A stretch of DNA of 64,000 nucleotides from the human T2T-CHM13v2.0 reference genome, Homo sapiens. Below are positions 25,563 through 42,552 of this stretch, in pieces. Below the pieces are notes generated by a model. The model saw only the letters and a program-made list of their open reading frames with translations, was not told the DNA's origin and ran no database searches. Position numbers and translations under genes: made by a program. The stretch's first letter is position 1; every line of letters begins with the position of its first letter. The stretch lies in the NCBI RefSeq assembly GCF_009914755.1, contig NC_060929.1; one strand, 5' to 3'.

Positions 25563-27805
25563 CGAGTGTTTAAGCAATTTGTGCAAGTTCACCAAGTTAG
25601 TAAGAGCAGAATTGAGGTCCTCAGACTCTAATATCCAGGCTTGTTCCTGGATACCTTGGCACCACATTCTTTGCAACATTTATTAACAATCTAACAGCTT
25701 CAATATTTTTGAAGTGAGTAATTTATATCATATATAATTTGCTTTTCTTTTTTGTGTGTCTTACTTTTTCCTGCTCAACTGGAAGCTCCTTAAAGGTAGA
25801 GGTGATGTTAGATATGAATATGTTTAAGGCTCAATTCATGTCCATATTATATGTTGCTTGATTGATCTAATACAATATTAGAAACCAATTGATTCACAGA
25901 TCATCACAATTTCTGATAAAAAGATTTCTTTTTATTACAGGTCTGGGAAGAAAACTCTTTCTGAGTGTTCAGCTTTCCTTTTTTTGGCAATAGACAGTAG
26001 GAAACATCCATTTCTTGTTGCTATTAGCTTGTTGACTCATTTAATCTGAAAGAAACAAACCAAATAAGTAGCCAATATTTCGTATATGCATAGATAAGAG
26101 GCATGCTGGGAAGACTCTTAAGGTTTATCAAGCAAGCTAAAGCAAAAATAAAACATTGCTAAATATTAATATCTCTAAATTCAACTATCAGTCCATAGAT
26201 CACCCTCAATCAATATTTTTTTTTATGTGTAGAGCTGCCTGTTGCATGGAGAGGTCAAATTGTTGTACACATATTCATTTTTTCAGAGCTTTTTTGGCCA
26301 TTTTTATGTTTTGCTTTTTGGTAACTGTTTTAAGAGGACAAATTTTAAAAAAATATGTAAAGTGTTATAACGTGCATGCATTTCATAATAACTATCAGTC
26401 CTTCTCACAAAGCTTTACATGAGTGATATAAACTCCCTAGCCTTAACCTTAAAGATTATACCAAAAAAATATTTACTTGGAGATGATGGTCCTGTCTGTA
26501 TATATTTAAATGCCAGAAGTCAATTGCTTTGCTACTCTTTCATAAATACAGGTCATGACTCTGTTTTCTGCCAGTCTGTATCTCTCTAGATTTAATTTCC
26601 CTGTCCTTGGATGTGTCTAGTGAAGAATAAAAGGAACAAATATTTCTTGATAAGAGAGAAACACTAAATGAATAAATGAGACAATAAGTAAAATTTATGG
26701 CTTTCAGGTGGACTAGGAAAAAAATAAGTATGAGATATATAATACTTGGAAAATCTGCATTTTGCCTTCTCTTTAAAGATCAGAATATCTTACCATATTC
26801 AGCATGAATTCCTTCAGAGTACAGTTGACTTGAAGTGAGCATGAGATGTCCCTTGAATATGGTATCTGTGCTCTACATTTTGCTACAAGTCCTTCTAGTC
26901 ATCTCCCTCATCCTGAATTGGAACAAAAATAATATATTATATATATTTAATTATATTAATTATCTTATGATTTAGTCAGATTAATCTAAAATTGCCACTT
27001 TGATCTCGTTACTCTCTTGCATTGTCTTTGAAGCCCTTCACACTATGGCTGTAATCTGCCTTCCCAGCCTCATCACAACTACTTTCCTTAGCTGTAGAAT
27101 CTGTTCCTTTGGCTTTTCCATCTCAGTACTCTGCATCAGGGCCTTATTGAAGGCTTCTTCCTCTCTAGTCCTACTTAAGTGTGATCTATTTTTTAGACCT
27201 TAATAAAATCTTGCTTCTGCAAAGCCCTCCTGAAGTAGTCCAGTTATTAGTGATCTTTTCACGTTTTTTATGTCTTAAGTTGTTAACATCCTCTAGGACT
27301 TCTTTGCTGTGGATCATTTAATTCATGATTTTTTTTATTTCTTTAAGCCCTGTCTTTACACAAGATACCAGAAACATATTCAAGTCAGAAATCATGCCTT
27401 TTATTTTTTATTGTTCTCCTCAGTGCTACCGTAGTGAATTGAAGATATTTAATGACTTGTAGATATTCATTTCTTTTGAAAAAATGGATTAAGGTATATG
27501 TATTATGGAACATTTTTAAGAAATTTCCTTATTGGGATTTAAACCTCCTGTAGTTACAGGAGGTTTAAAGACCTTCTGTGGTCTGTAGTCGTTTTTGATT
27601 TTCAGGAACCTGAGGAGTTAATATTTCTTTGATAAAATTTTATGTTAGATAGCCAAAGGTCACTCTGCCCTTTGTACGATAACTGCCTATTGGCACTGAA
27701 GAAGCATCAATTATATATGCAAATACCATGCTCCTGTTTGTAGATCCTGCTGGCTTTATAGGAACGTACCACTCATCTATCATGGGAGGCATTCATACTT
27801 TGTTT

Positions 27806-27982
27806 ACTTTTCATTTGTTTGCTTGTAGTTTTAGAGACAGGGTCTCACTCTGTCATCCAGGCTGGAGTGTAGTGGCATGATCATAGCTCACTGCAGCCTC
27901 GAACTCCTGGACTCAAGCAGTCCTCCAGCCTCAGCCTCCTGTGTGGCTAGGACTATAGGCATGTGCCACCACATCCAGCTAA
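27806..27982 (-). mobile_element. AluJ right arm or FRAM-like monomer
   Basis: gagacagggtctcactctgtc...atcatagctcactgcagcctcgaactcctgg...cagctaa. Confidence 0.85.
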
Positions 27983-28047
27983 TATACTTTTGTCCATGAT
28001 CTAATAAACTTAACTTAGGTGAGGAACCTAGTTAAGGTCTAAGATCT

Positions 28048-28179
28048 AGGGTGACCATTTAATTTATTGTCTAACCTGGGACTCCTTTAGAATGAAAGGC
28101 AGTACTAATTAGATAGAATACTGGGCAATAGGTATAAGGTGAGCCTTCTCTGGTAAAGCTGGAGGCATGGCCACCATAG
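28048..28179. mobile_element. hAT-Blackjack MITE (MER81/MER94-like)
   Basis: Terminal inverted repeats agggtgaccat ... atggccaccat. About 130 bp. Confidence 0.6.
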
Positions 28180-28291
28180 GTAAAGCCTGGCAAAATGAAG
28201 AGAATTTTCCTACAAGAATTTTAGCTACCAGCCCATTCCTGTGCCCCAGGGAAAATTAGGAAAGTCAAAGGATGGTTTTTCTCTGTATAGC

Positions 28292-28966
28292 TGTGGTTGG
28301 CTGCTTCTAAAATGGCTGGCAATGGTACCTGCCATGGTACTACCCATGCCCTCGTGCAGTCTCCTTCCCCTAGTGTGAGCAGTGGACCTAGGGACTTGCT
28401 TCTAATCAATAGATTATGGCAAAAGTGATGAGATATCACTTCTAAGATTACATTCTAAAAGATTGACAAGCTATTTTAAAAAAGAATAATGCTGGGTGTT
28501 TTTTCAGAAGATATATTTTATCACATTAATAAAGCCTTCTCTTTCCTCATTTAGCAGGGGAGTTTTAAAAATAAAGAATAAATGTTGACTTTTATCTTTA
28601 AAGAAATGGCTGTGACATGTCTTACTCTTGCTTGCACTCTGTCTCTGCCATCATCATTCTGATAAAGCACATCAGAGGCTTCCAGGGAAGAAATCAAGGG
28701 AGACCTCTAGCCAAGTCAGCAAGTACCTGGGTCCTGCCAATAACCACTTGAGTAAACTTGGAAGCAGATTGTTTCCTAGGTGAGCCTTCCTATGACTGCA
28801 ACTCAGCCAACACCTTGATTGCAGTCTTTGTTTGAGACCCAGAGCGAGCCAGAGGACCCAATCACATTTGAATCCTAACCTGCAGTATCTGTGAGAAAAT
28901 AAATGCTGTTTATTTAAGCCACTGAGTTTTGAGTACTTTGTTACCTAGCAGTAAATAATTAATACA
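28292..28966 (+). mobile_element. MLT1 (E/F-like) solo LTR with an internal L1-like insert at about 28470-28605
   Basis: tgtggttggctgcttctaaaatggc...ttatggcaaaagtgatgagatatcacttc...tttaagccactgagttttg...ttgttac...taataca. Confidence 0.75.
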
Positions 28967-30213
28967 ATAGCAGTGACCTAAAATTTTCCTTTATAGTGGC
29001 TTGGCTCTAGGCTGTGTATATTGGTTTTGGATCTATCATCTTGTTTAAATCTCTTATAAATTCTAATAATTTTTTTTTGTAAAATGCTTTAAGTTTTCTG
29101 CCTAGACAACATATTATCTACAAAAATGCCATTTTTTTCTTTTCTGATTCTCATGCATTGTACTTTTTTCTTTTTTTTAATTTGATAGAACATTTTCTAT
29201 GATGTTGAAGAGAAACAGTAAGTGCTTAGCACTCTTGACTTATCTAAGACTTTAAAGAAAATATTACCAAGATTTCATGTTTAAGGCTGGATTCCTGTAA
29301 GTTTTTGGGATGTCAATTTTTAGTAGGTTAAGTAAATAGAATTTTGTTTTCTATGTTTAATGAAAATCATTTTTATTATATTGATCAGATTCCTCTCTTT
29401 AACCTAAGATGACCATTTCTTTTAACAGATTTTCTTTTATCTACTACTTATTAGGCTTAAAAATGTAAAATATTTTAATATTTCTTTTTATTTTAATTCA
29501 TAATACAATAATTCAGAGGATATACTAAACTATACGTTTACAGATTTATCAAATTTTTTCCCTCCAAAAAGACTAAGAAATACATATGTTTTCTATTCCT
29601 ATAAATGAATAGATTATAGAAACTTATTCTTTAGGTTGACATTTGAGTCATCAGCATTTTTTTCCCCCTACCAATACATTAGTCTTTAAAAATATTGCAA
29701 AACCAAGATAATCAGTCTTACATTCACCAGGGATTTTATAGAAAAGCATTTGCTTCTCAGCCCTGCAATGTGATTAGGTAATTAAATATCTTCTTTCTTT
29801 TTAATATTTTAAAACTTACTGCTGCTGCAGATGAAAGTTGACCTAGACCATGTAATATTTTCATTTGTTAAAACATGCATGGTTTAGATAAGGAAGATTA
29901 ATGCAGCTAAAAGCATTAATGGAGCTAATCCACTTAATAAAAGACAGTTCTTCAAGTTTATAAAGTAGCTTAGTTTCAACCTCTTAATTTCATTAGTAGA
30001 AAACACAGCCATTTTCTACTACCATAATCACTTATTATTTATTCATCCAGAATTGCTCTAAGAAGATGGCTTAGATTTTCCTTGGGGATTGCACTCTATT
30101 ACTTATAAAGCCAGGCCATACACTGTCTAGTTTCTCCTTGGGTTTGATGTCTTCCTTCCTCTCTTAACCATTTTGCATAATATTGATTTTCTTCTCATAA
30201 AAGAGTGGTTATC

Positions 30214-30645
<432 letters not shown>

Positions 30646-30807
30646 TTATAGAGTAAAATCATTTGTAAATTTTCTAGTTTAACAAACTCTTTACCATGTG
30701 TAGAAAATTGCAATGAATCTATGGATATTTGACAACTAATTTTAATACTAACTTCAATGAAATTCTGAGAAGGCTAAAAATGTTTACACTTCTTATTAGT
30801 ATAATTA

Positions 30808-31213
<406 letters not shown>

Positions 31214-31346
31214 CTATCAATTATCCTTTATTTTGAAATAGATTAGTAGAGACACTAAATTGCATGCACATATATTGTAACGATTTGTTTCCCTTTGCAG
31301 ACAGGCATGTACTAATAATTCTGACACACCCTTAGTAGTAATTCTC

Positions 31347-31364
31347 CCAGGGAATTCCCTGGAA
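31347..31364. promoter_or_regulatory. 16-bp palindrome containing a perfect NF-kB site (GGGAATTCCC) overlapping a TTC-N4-GAA STAT6-type site
   Basis: ccagggaattccctgg(aa) in non-repetitive DNA. Motif match only. Confidence 0.35.
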
Positions 31365-32886
31365 ATGTAAGTGGTGAAGTCTCAGATAAGACATATTATG
31401 GATAGCTAATTTATAGAGAAAAAGGAAGACATTGTACTGGATCTAGTGTCGATTTCCCAGTGTTTTTCTTCGTGAAGATTTCTAAGTTAAAGGAGGATGA
31501 TAATATGGGACCCTCTACCATATTCCTGCTAAGTTTAGGAAATCATTTTAAAGTGCTCACTAAGTGCTAAACACCTTCTCTTTCCCTTTTCTTCCCATGC
31601 CATTCTCTGAAGTGTTTCTTACCTGCCTACAATTCCTTATGAGAATTCATCCGAGTCCTAAGAGGATGAAATTATGAACAAAAATGTGCGTAGCAGTGAA
31701 CACAAACAAAACATGTGAACAATATATTCTTTATGCAGGGGTACTTAAGGCTATGTAGTTTCATGTACAAATACTGTAACTGTTTTTTTTATTTCAACTG
31801 AATCTCTATTTTAAGTTCCTATGCTGCCTAATGGCAGATAATGTAATGTCACTCAATTATGGGTTCTCCAAATTAGATCCATTTTAAATTCAGTAAACAG
31901 GGTTTCTTTTCTCCTGCCTTCTTCCATGGACTGCCTAAAAACCTGAGGGGCTAGAGACAATCAAACGTTGGTTGGAGGAAGGTAGCTTGTCCCAGGTTGA
32001 GGCCTCTCTGTTATTGCTTCTCTTCAAGTTTCTGTATTCTTGCCTGGATCCACAGTTTTGGCCATGTTTTAGAGTGGAGTCATCTCCTCACGGTTATGAT
32101 ATTCTTCCAAGTCTTGTGCTTCTCAGTGTTATTTGTGATTCTTGGCAAAATGAGAAGACGTGGCTGCTTCTCAAGCTGGATGTGGACATGTGTGGACTGA
32201 CTGAACCTGACTCAGTCCCACCTGTTTATGCACCCCATCCACCCAAGGCTTGATTGTCTGCCCCGCCGTAGAAGGTAGGGAATTCTTTGTGAGGAAAGAG
32301 GGACATGGGCAGAGATTCCACATAGTTTTGAATCTTCATATTTATCTGGAGTTCATTTTTAAGTTTTTATTTTTAGCTGTTAAAATGATTTATTGAGCTT
32401 TGCAAAGAGATTATAAACCTAAGATATTTTAAAACAAGTGAATCTATGAAAAAGATTAAATAAAGAAAATAAATAATATTAACAGATGTTTCTTAGTATA
32501 CTAGCACATCCACCCTGATGATAATTTTTAAAATTAGGGTGGAGAGATTATGGACTGAGTCAAAATTACATAGAACCTGTAAACAAGTGTTTTTACAGCA
32601 ACAGCTGTGTGACAGAACAAGGAGCAGAAGAATAGAAGCCATTTTCTATGATTAATAAGATTATTTTGGCAATAGTTATTATTACACTTTTTAAAGGTCA
32701 TTTACTGCTGGTCCTCCGTGTTGAACTGTTCTTAACCATTGTGGAGAAGAGCTGCGGGATAGAGGCCAGTTTATCTAGACCTTTCCCATCTGAGGAGGAG
32801 AATAGAAAAGTAGGTACATATGTAGTGTAAAATACGTCATTCAAGGACCACCAAAACTTTCATTAAGTACCCTATCATTAAATCTG

Positions 32887-33823
32887 TTTTTATTTTTATT
32901 TTTTAATTTATTTTATTTTATTTTATTATTATTACATCTTAAGTTTTAGGGTACATGTGCACAATGTGCAGGTTACTTACATATGTATACATGTGCCATG
33001 CTGGTGCGCTGCACCCACTAACTCGTCATTTAGCATTAGGTATATCTTCTAAAGCTATCCCTCCCCCCTTCCCCCAACCCCACAACAGTCCCCAGAGTGT
33101 GATGTTCCCCTTCCTGTGTCCATGTGTTCTCATTGTTCAATTCCCACCTATGAGTGAGAATATGCGGTGTTTGGTTTTTTGTTCTTGTGATAGTTTACTG
33201 AGAATGATGATTTCCAACTTCATCTATGTCCCTACAAAGGACATGAACTCATCATTTTTTATGGCTGCATAGTATTCCATGGTGTATATGTGCCACATTT
33301 TCTTAATCCAGTCTATTATTGTTGGACATTTGGGTTGGTTCCAAGTCTTTGCTATTTTGAATAGTGCTGCAATAAACATATGTGTGCATGTGTCTTTATA
33401 GCAGCATGATTTATAGTCCTTTGGGTATATACCCAGTAATGGGATGGCTGGGTCAAATGGTATTTCTAGTTCTAGATCCCTGAGGAATCACCACACTGAC
33501 TTCCACAAGGGTTGAACTAGTTTACAGTCCTATCAACGTGTAAAAGTGTTCCTATTTCTCCACATCCTCTCCAGCACCTGTTGTTTCCTGACTTTTGAAT
33601 GATTGCCATTCTAACTGGTGTGAGATGGCATCTCATTGTGGTTTTGATTTGCATTTCTCTGATGGCCAGTGATGGTGAGCATTTTTTCATGTGTTTTTTG
33701 GCTGCATAAATGTCTTCTTTTGAGAAGTGTCTGTTCATGTCTTTTGCCCACTTTTTGATGGGGTTGTTTGTTTTTTTCTTATAAATTTGTTTGAGTTCAT
33801 TGTAGATTCTGGATATTAGCCCT
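32887..33823 (-). mobile_element. 5'-truncated L1PA3-like element (about 0.9 kb)
   Basis: Near-consensus L1PA 3'UTR and ORF2 C-terminus. ORF 33517-33840 reads [38 protein letters not shown]. Confidence 0.95.
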
Positions 33824-33884
33824 TCATCAAAGTAGCTCAAGTAAGGGATGCTTTATGACCCAGGGTTTCTGGAGTCAGATAGAC

Positions 33885-34250
33885 ATTCTTGCCTGCCCCT
33901 TACTCTGACTTATTGGGAGAGGGAAAACTGCAGTGGTGTTTCTGTTGCAGTGACAAAGGTAACATGTCAGAAAATTCAGAGGGTTATTATCAATAATCCT
34001 TTGGAAACTGGATGTCTTACGGGGTTCTAGAATGCAAATTTAGGTATTTATTGTCAGATGATGAAATTCATTGTTTTTTTTCAAAAATGATGTTGAAATA
34101 TCGCTGTCCAATGCGTTCACTTATGTGAAAGCTAAATTGAATGAAGCAAAAAGAGAAAATAGTTTGTATATTTGTCATACCTTTTTATTTCTTACAATAA
34201 AAATATTGGTAGCAAATAAAAATAATAAAAAGAATAATTTTTAAAAAAAG
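33885..34250 (+). pseudogene. Probable 5'-truncated processed retrocopy of an mRNA 3'UTR end
   Basis: Non-TE, 3'UTR-like sequence with clustered AATAAA (34196, 34215, 34224) followed by a short A-run, interrupting a MIR-like element. From memory it resembles a housekeeping distal 3'UTR (tentatively PTP4A1, unverified). Confidence 0.5.
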
Positions 34251-36132
34251 AAACAAGAGTTTTCTACTCAGATGTGCCATGTACTAAATATATAACTCTT
34301 CAAGGCATTGTAGCTCCTTAGGCCTTGGGTTTCTGATCTGTAAATTTAAGGACTTAAGACCTATGATTCCAAGGTTGCTTCTATGTCTGATGGTTTCAGT
34401 AGGCTAGCCTACATTTTATAATTGGTTTTAACATCAAGAATTTAACAGTTTAATTCTCTAGTTTTGCTAATACTTGGTGCAATGGTGATCTTATATCAAT
34501 TGACAAAATAGGGTAGAATCATAAGATGAAAGACAGTCTGAGAAAAAATTTAAAGAAAACCACATTGACTGATACTTTATAATACCCAGCTATACTGAGC
34601 ACATTGAGCACGATGGAAAAGCACATAGGCTTGGAGAAAAACACCGTGCTGGGTTGAAGCTTTACAGCTTGTCACGGATTTTGCACAAGTAGTTTTGTTT
34701 CACTAAACCTTTCTCTTTATCTGCAAAATGCAAATAATGATAATAGTACCTATGTCATAGGATTGTAAGTATTAAATGATATATTTCATTAAAATACTTG
34801 GTACAGGAAGGGGTTGCTCATAGCTTGGCATAGCAGCAGGTCAAGTGAATTAATTCATTATAATTTAACAGAATCCTCATCATATTTATTCATTGCTATT
34901 CATTTGTCAGTTTTTTCTATTTTCCTACACCACTGAGATTAATGTTATTTTAATAACATGTTTCTTATTTTCATTGTTTGATACAAAATATAAATCCATT
35001 CTATGATACATTGTATTTTAAAAGGTAGGACAGTTATACAGATTGGCAGCACTGTTGCAACTTAGACCCTCATACCTGATAATAGCATTATCTGATAGGC
35101 AATAAATTGGGTGCCACGGTTCAGCCCAGAGGAAAACATACATAGTGCTTTTGCATTAATAGAAATTTGATATTCCAGGGTGAGAAAAATTGAAAATCTT
35201 TGAAAGGGATAAATTAATACAAGTTTAACATAGCCACAGTCTCCTTGCCGCTGGTTTTAAAGTGCTTCATTGAAAGCATATGACTAGAAGATCAAAAGCA
35301 AACCATAGGTGCGAACACTAAAAAGCTTTACAAATCTCTACGGTCACATTAATGTTAAAATTATTTCAAACTTAAAATGTAAAGTAATCAATGTTTCTGT
35401 CATGTCTAGAGTTGGAAAAGATAGCTTTTTCTTTAGCCAGATGGATTAAGGTCATCATAGTTGCTACAGCAAACAAAACTCAGATTGGATAACGGGTCAA
35501 ATGTGAGTGTTAATTTTTAATGCCTGTCAAGTACAAAAGAGATGTTTCTGGTAGAAGAGTGGCTCTATTTAAAACAGTGCTTTAGAAGCTCAGCCTCTTT
35601 CATCTCATAGCGCCACATCTTCGACACATAAATTCCAGGTTTACTGTGTTTCTTCTGTGTCCTGATGAAGGCTGTCATTGTTAACGTAGTCCTTAGTATC
35701 CCTGAAGGAGAAATAAGACTGATAGCTATAATTTCAAAGAAGGATTTAAAATCTTTTCTTATAATGCATTTGGCAGCATGTATTTATTTTATATTTATCT
35801 GGAGGTCTTTCCTTAATTCACCTGCTACTTTTCCTTAACAAGATTGTTACATAGTTTTTGCCTCCAACAAAATTTAGTCAAGTCCACAAGCAGAGGATTA
35901 CATTTCATCAACACATGATGACATCTGGCTTGAAGCTATGTTCTTGTCAAATGATCCAGTGAAATAATGTATTTTTTGGATTTTACTAACATTTTACTAA
36001 AATTATTTACTAGGCATATCTAAAATGACTAGCTGTTTGAAAGGGTTTCTTTTATTTAAATTGTTTAAAGATCCTATATAGAAAATATATTCTCATGTGC
36101 TTTTACTAGATCTTGAAGAATTGTAAGATTAC

Positions 36133-36200
36133 CTTTAAAATTTATTGGGCTTAGATGTCTTTAACTGGAAGGAAAACAGCCAGAAGGTGAGAAGCATTCT
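36133..36200 (-). other. Candidate non-coding exon (68 nt)
   Basis: Minus strand: tttttatttcattttgttacag|AGAATG...TTTTAAAG|gtaatc. Stops in all three frames. Confidence 0.35.
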
Positions 36201-38631
36201 CTGTAACAAAATGAAATAAAAAGGTTTGCCTAGAATACGGTGGCTAAATAATTTGTCTTTGCCATTGATGTCATTAAAATTAATCCTGGCAGTAAGGCAA
36301 TGTTTGATAGTAACAGAGAAGTCTCTGGAAATAATGCATTCTGAAATAATAATGCACAGAACAGAAACTTTATACACTCTATTGTGTATGAGTAGTGAGA
36401 TATTTAAATTCAAAATGTTAATTATGTAATATAATTATGTTGCATGTTTATTAGAAGTAAATTTCTAATGAAATCTAATCCTCTTATGTTTATATATCAT
36501 ATTGCATTAATTATTTAGGGCCATAAAATGTGAATAAATTTTGTTTATTTAATCTTTGTCATGTTGGTAGGAGTCGTCGTTATTCCTTTTTTCCTTTTTG
36601 CCTACCCTCAAAATGAGAGCCATTAACTTGGTAGTTTTATTTACACTCCGAGTAGAAAATGTTCAATATGAAAGAGTTTGACTTAAGCAATTTAATTGCT
36701 CCTGGGATATTCAATTTGAATCTTGATGAATTAGGTAAAACATATTCTCCCAAATATTTATTAAACACCCGAAGCTATCTGATATAAGAAAAAAAATGAT
36801 CTCTAGTATATGCATTATGGAACTGCTCCTGCTTCTTCTAAATAAGACACAATTCTGGTGCTATACTTCACTGCACAGTTTATTTTTAGATAATAATTTC
36901 TCTCAGAAAATCTCTGTTTTTGATTTATGGAAAGATAAAAGATTTCATTCCCACTATGTAACATCTCAAGCAAATTCTGTTTGGTTTTCCTTGTTTCTAG
37001 AGTGAGCATAGATTATGATGAACATCTAGTGCTGCAATATTTCCCAAGCTGTTAGATGGAATAAGAATCACATAGTCAGTCAACAATTATTTCCCAGTTA
37101 TTGTTCTATTAATAGGTGCTGGGAATAGAGCAGCGAAAAGCAAAGTGGGGATAAGGCAGAAAGAGCTATCTCCCAACATGAACACAAAGAAAGAAACCAC
37201 TTTATATGTGGCAAACCTGACAAGGTTAGACCTCAGGTTGCAAACCTTAGACTCCCAAACAGATTACCTTCTCTTGTTCAAAATAAAGCTCTTGTAATCC
37301 TTCAGGGATGCCCATATCCAACATTCAGTATAATCTCTCAACCTCTTTCTTCCAATCATAATAGCATCAAAATACCCTTAGACAGCAGTTGTCATATAGA
37401 GAAGACAAAATTAAATTCTGGGTCTGAAAATCAGTGCTTTACAAAATTGTTTTCTATCAGCCATGGCCCCTAACCTTCATGGATATGAGACCTTATATCT
37501 TTAGTTTTATTTATTTGTTTTGGAGAAAACTTCATCTCAAAGTGATATAATACATTTAAAAATGTCAAGGAGTAATTCTGTTCTTTCAGCATAAAAACGA
37601 AAGATTGTGGGATATAGGGAGATACTATGATAGACTGCAAAGCCATAGATGGGAAACAATTGTGTCTTCAGCCAAAATAATAGTTCTACGTCTTATGAAC
37701 AGTAATGAGTTTCATAGCCTCCTTGGGGGGCCAGGAGGTCAGTGTCATTATGACAAGTTTTAGAAAATGAGAAACAGGAGGCACAGAAAATCTGAATGAT
37801 ATGGCCTAAAACCATCACTGGGTCACAGTGGCCATTAGTAATAATTTCTCTCTCTTTTTTTTTTAATTTTATTATTATTATACTTTCTTAAACTAACCTT
37901 TGGGTGTTTTTTTTCTTAGTGAGACACAGAGGAGAAATAAATATCAAACAACTAGGGAAATCAAAGGAATAACAATAGATATGTTAAAACAGAATTAAAG
38001 GTTTAAAAATTAGGGATGAAGGAGAAACAAAAAAATCTAATATGATTAGAACAGAATATTTATGTATCTGAAAGTGATAAACTCAAATAAGACAATTGAA
38101 AACTTTACTATGGATACCATATTTTACTTTTATGCTTTGGTTTAAATATATTAATGAAAAATGGATAATCATTTTTACATGAAAGTAGATACAACACTGG
38201 ACTTTGTAGTCAGCATTTTGTCTTCTGCTTTGCATGTATCTACTTTACTACATTTTTCTCTTGGTTAAGAACTCCTTCTATGTATTAATTTAGGTAGAAT
38301 GAGGTCTTTTATTTTTTTAATTCTATGCTCCTATAGATAAGAAGAGAGGAGAAAAAGAAGAGGGGGAAGAGGCAGTGGGGGAGGAGGAGAAAGAAAAGAT
38401 GCATTTAATGAGGTTTTGGGTTAAAATATATATGTATAAATGTAAATATACATATATACACACACATACATACACATAGAAATGGAAGTAGAGTAGGGAT
38501 AAGACCTTATTACATATGGAAATTTATCTTATGATAAATGCTGGATAAGAACTCAATAAAAAATACTTTTTCAATAATTGCTTGGAAATTACAGTAATTG
38601 GTTGAAAAAATGCCAAACATACATGTATATG

Positions 38632-38655
38632 CACACACACACACACACACACACA
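38632..38655. repeat. (CA)~12 microsatellite
   Basis: Visible ca run. Confidence 0.9.
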
Positions 38656-38787
38656 TTTTGCTAGATTTCACCAAATGTTCTTTCTAAAAAGATCACACCA
38701 ACTTACCCTTCCACAAATAGGTAACGAAAGTGCCTTTTCCTTCTTATACTAATAGTAGTAGGGGACTTCAGTGATCACTTCCCACTG

Positions 38788-39101
38788 TTTTTTCTTCTTT
38801 TTTCTTTTTTTTTTTTCGACATAGGCTCTCACTCTGTTGCTCAATTTGGAGTGTAGTGGCATGACCATAGTTCACTGTAACCCCATACTGTTGGGCTCAG
38901 GTGATCCTCCTGCCTTAGCCTCCTAAGTAACTGGGACTACAGGTATGAGCTACGATGCTCAACTAATTTTTTGTTGTTTTTCATAGAGATAAAGTCTTGC
39001 TATGTTGCCCAGGCTAGACTTGAACTCCTAGCCTTAAGTGATCCTGCAATCTTGACCTCCCAATGTATTGGCATGACAGGTGTGAGTGACCCTGTGCAGC
39101 C
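38788..39101 (-). mobile_element. AluJ (diverged), inserted at the 5' edge of the L1MA host
   Basis: Poly-T, then ctcactctgttgc...ccatagttcactg...ttgcccaggctagacttgaactcc. Confidence 0.85.
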
Positions 39102-39103
39102 CC

Positions 39104-42540
<3,437 letters not shown>

Positions 42541-42552
42541 AAACTAGGTAAA

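Noticed and set aside
32860-33840. TSD for the L1PA3-like element, or a single L1-retrocopy chimera with 33885-34250
   Set aside because: The flanks match only loosely (cattaagtaccct vs catcaaagtagct). The two inserts have separate tails in opposite orientation with MIR-like DNA between them, so I treat them as independent.
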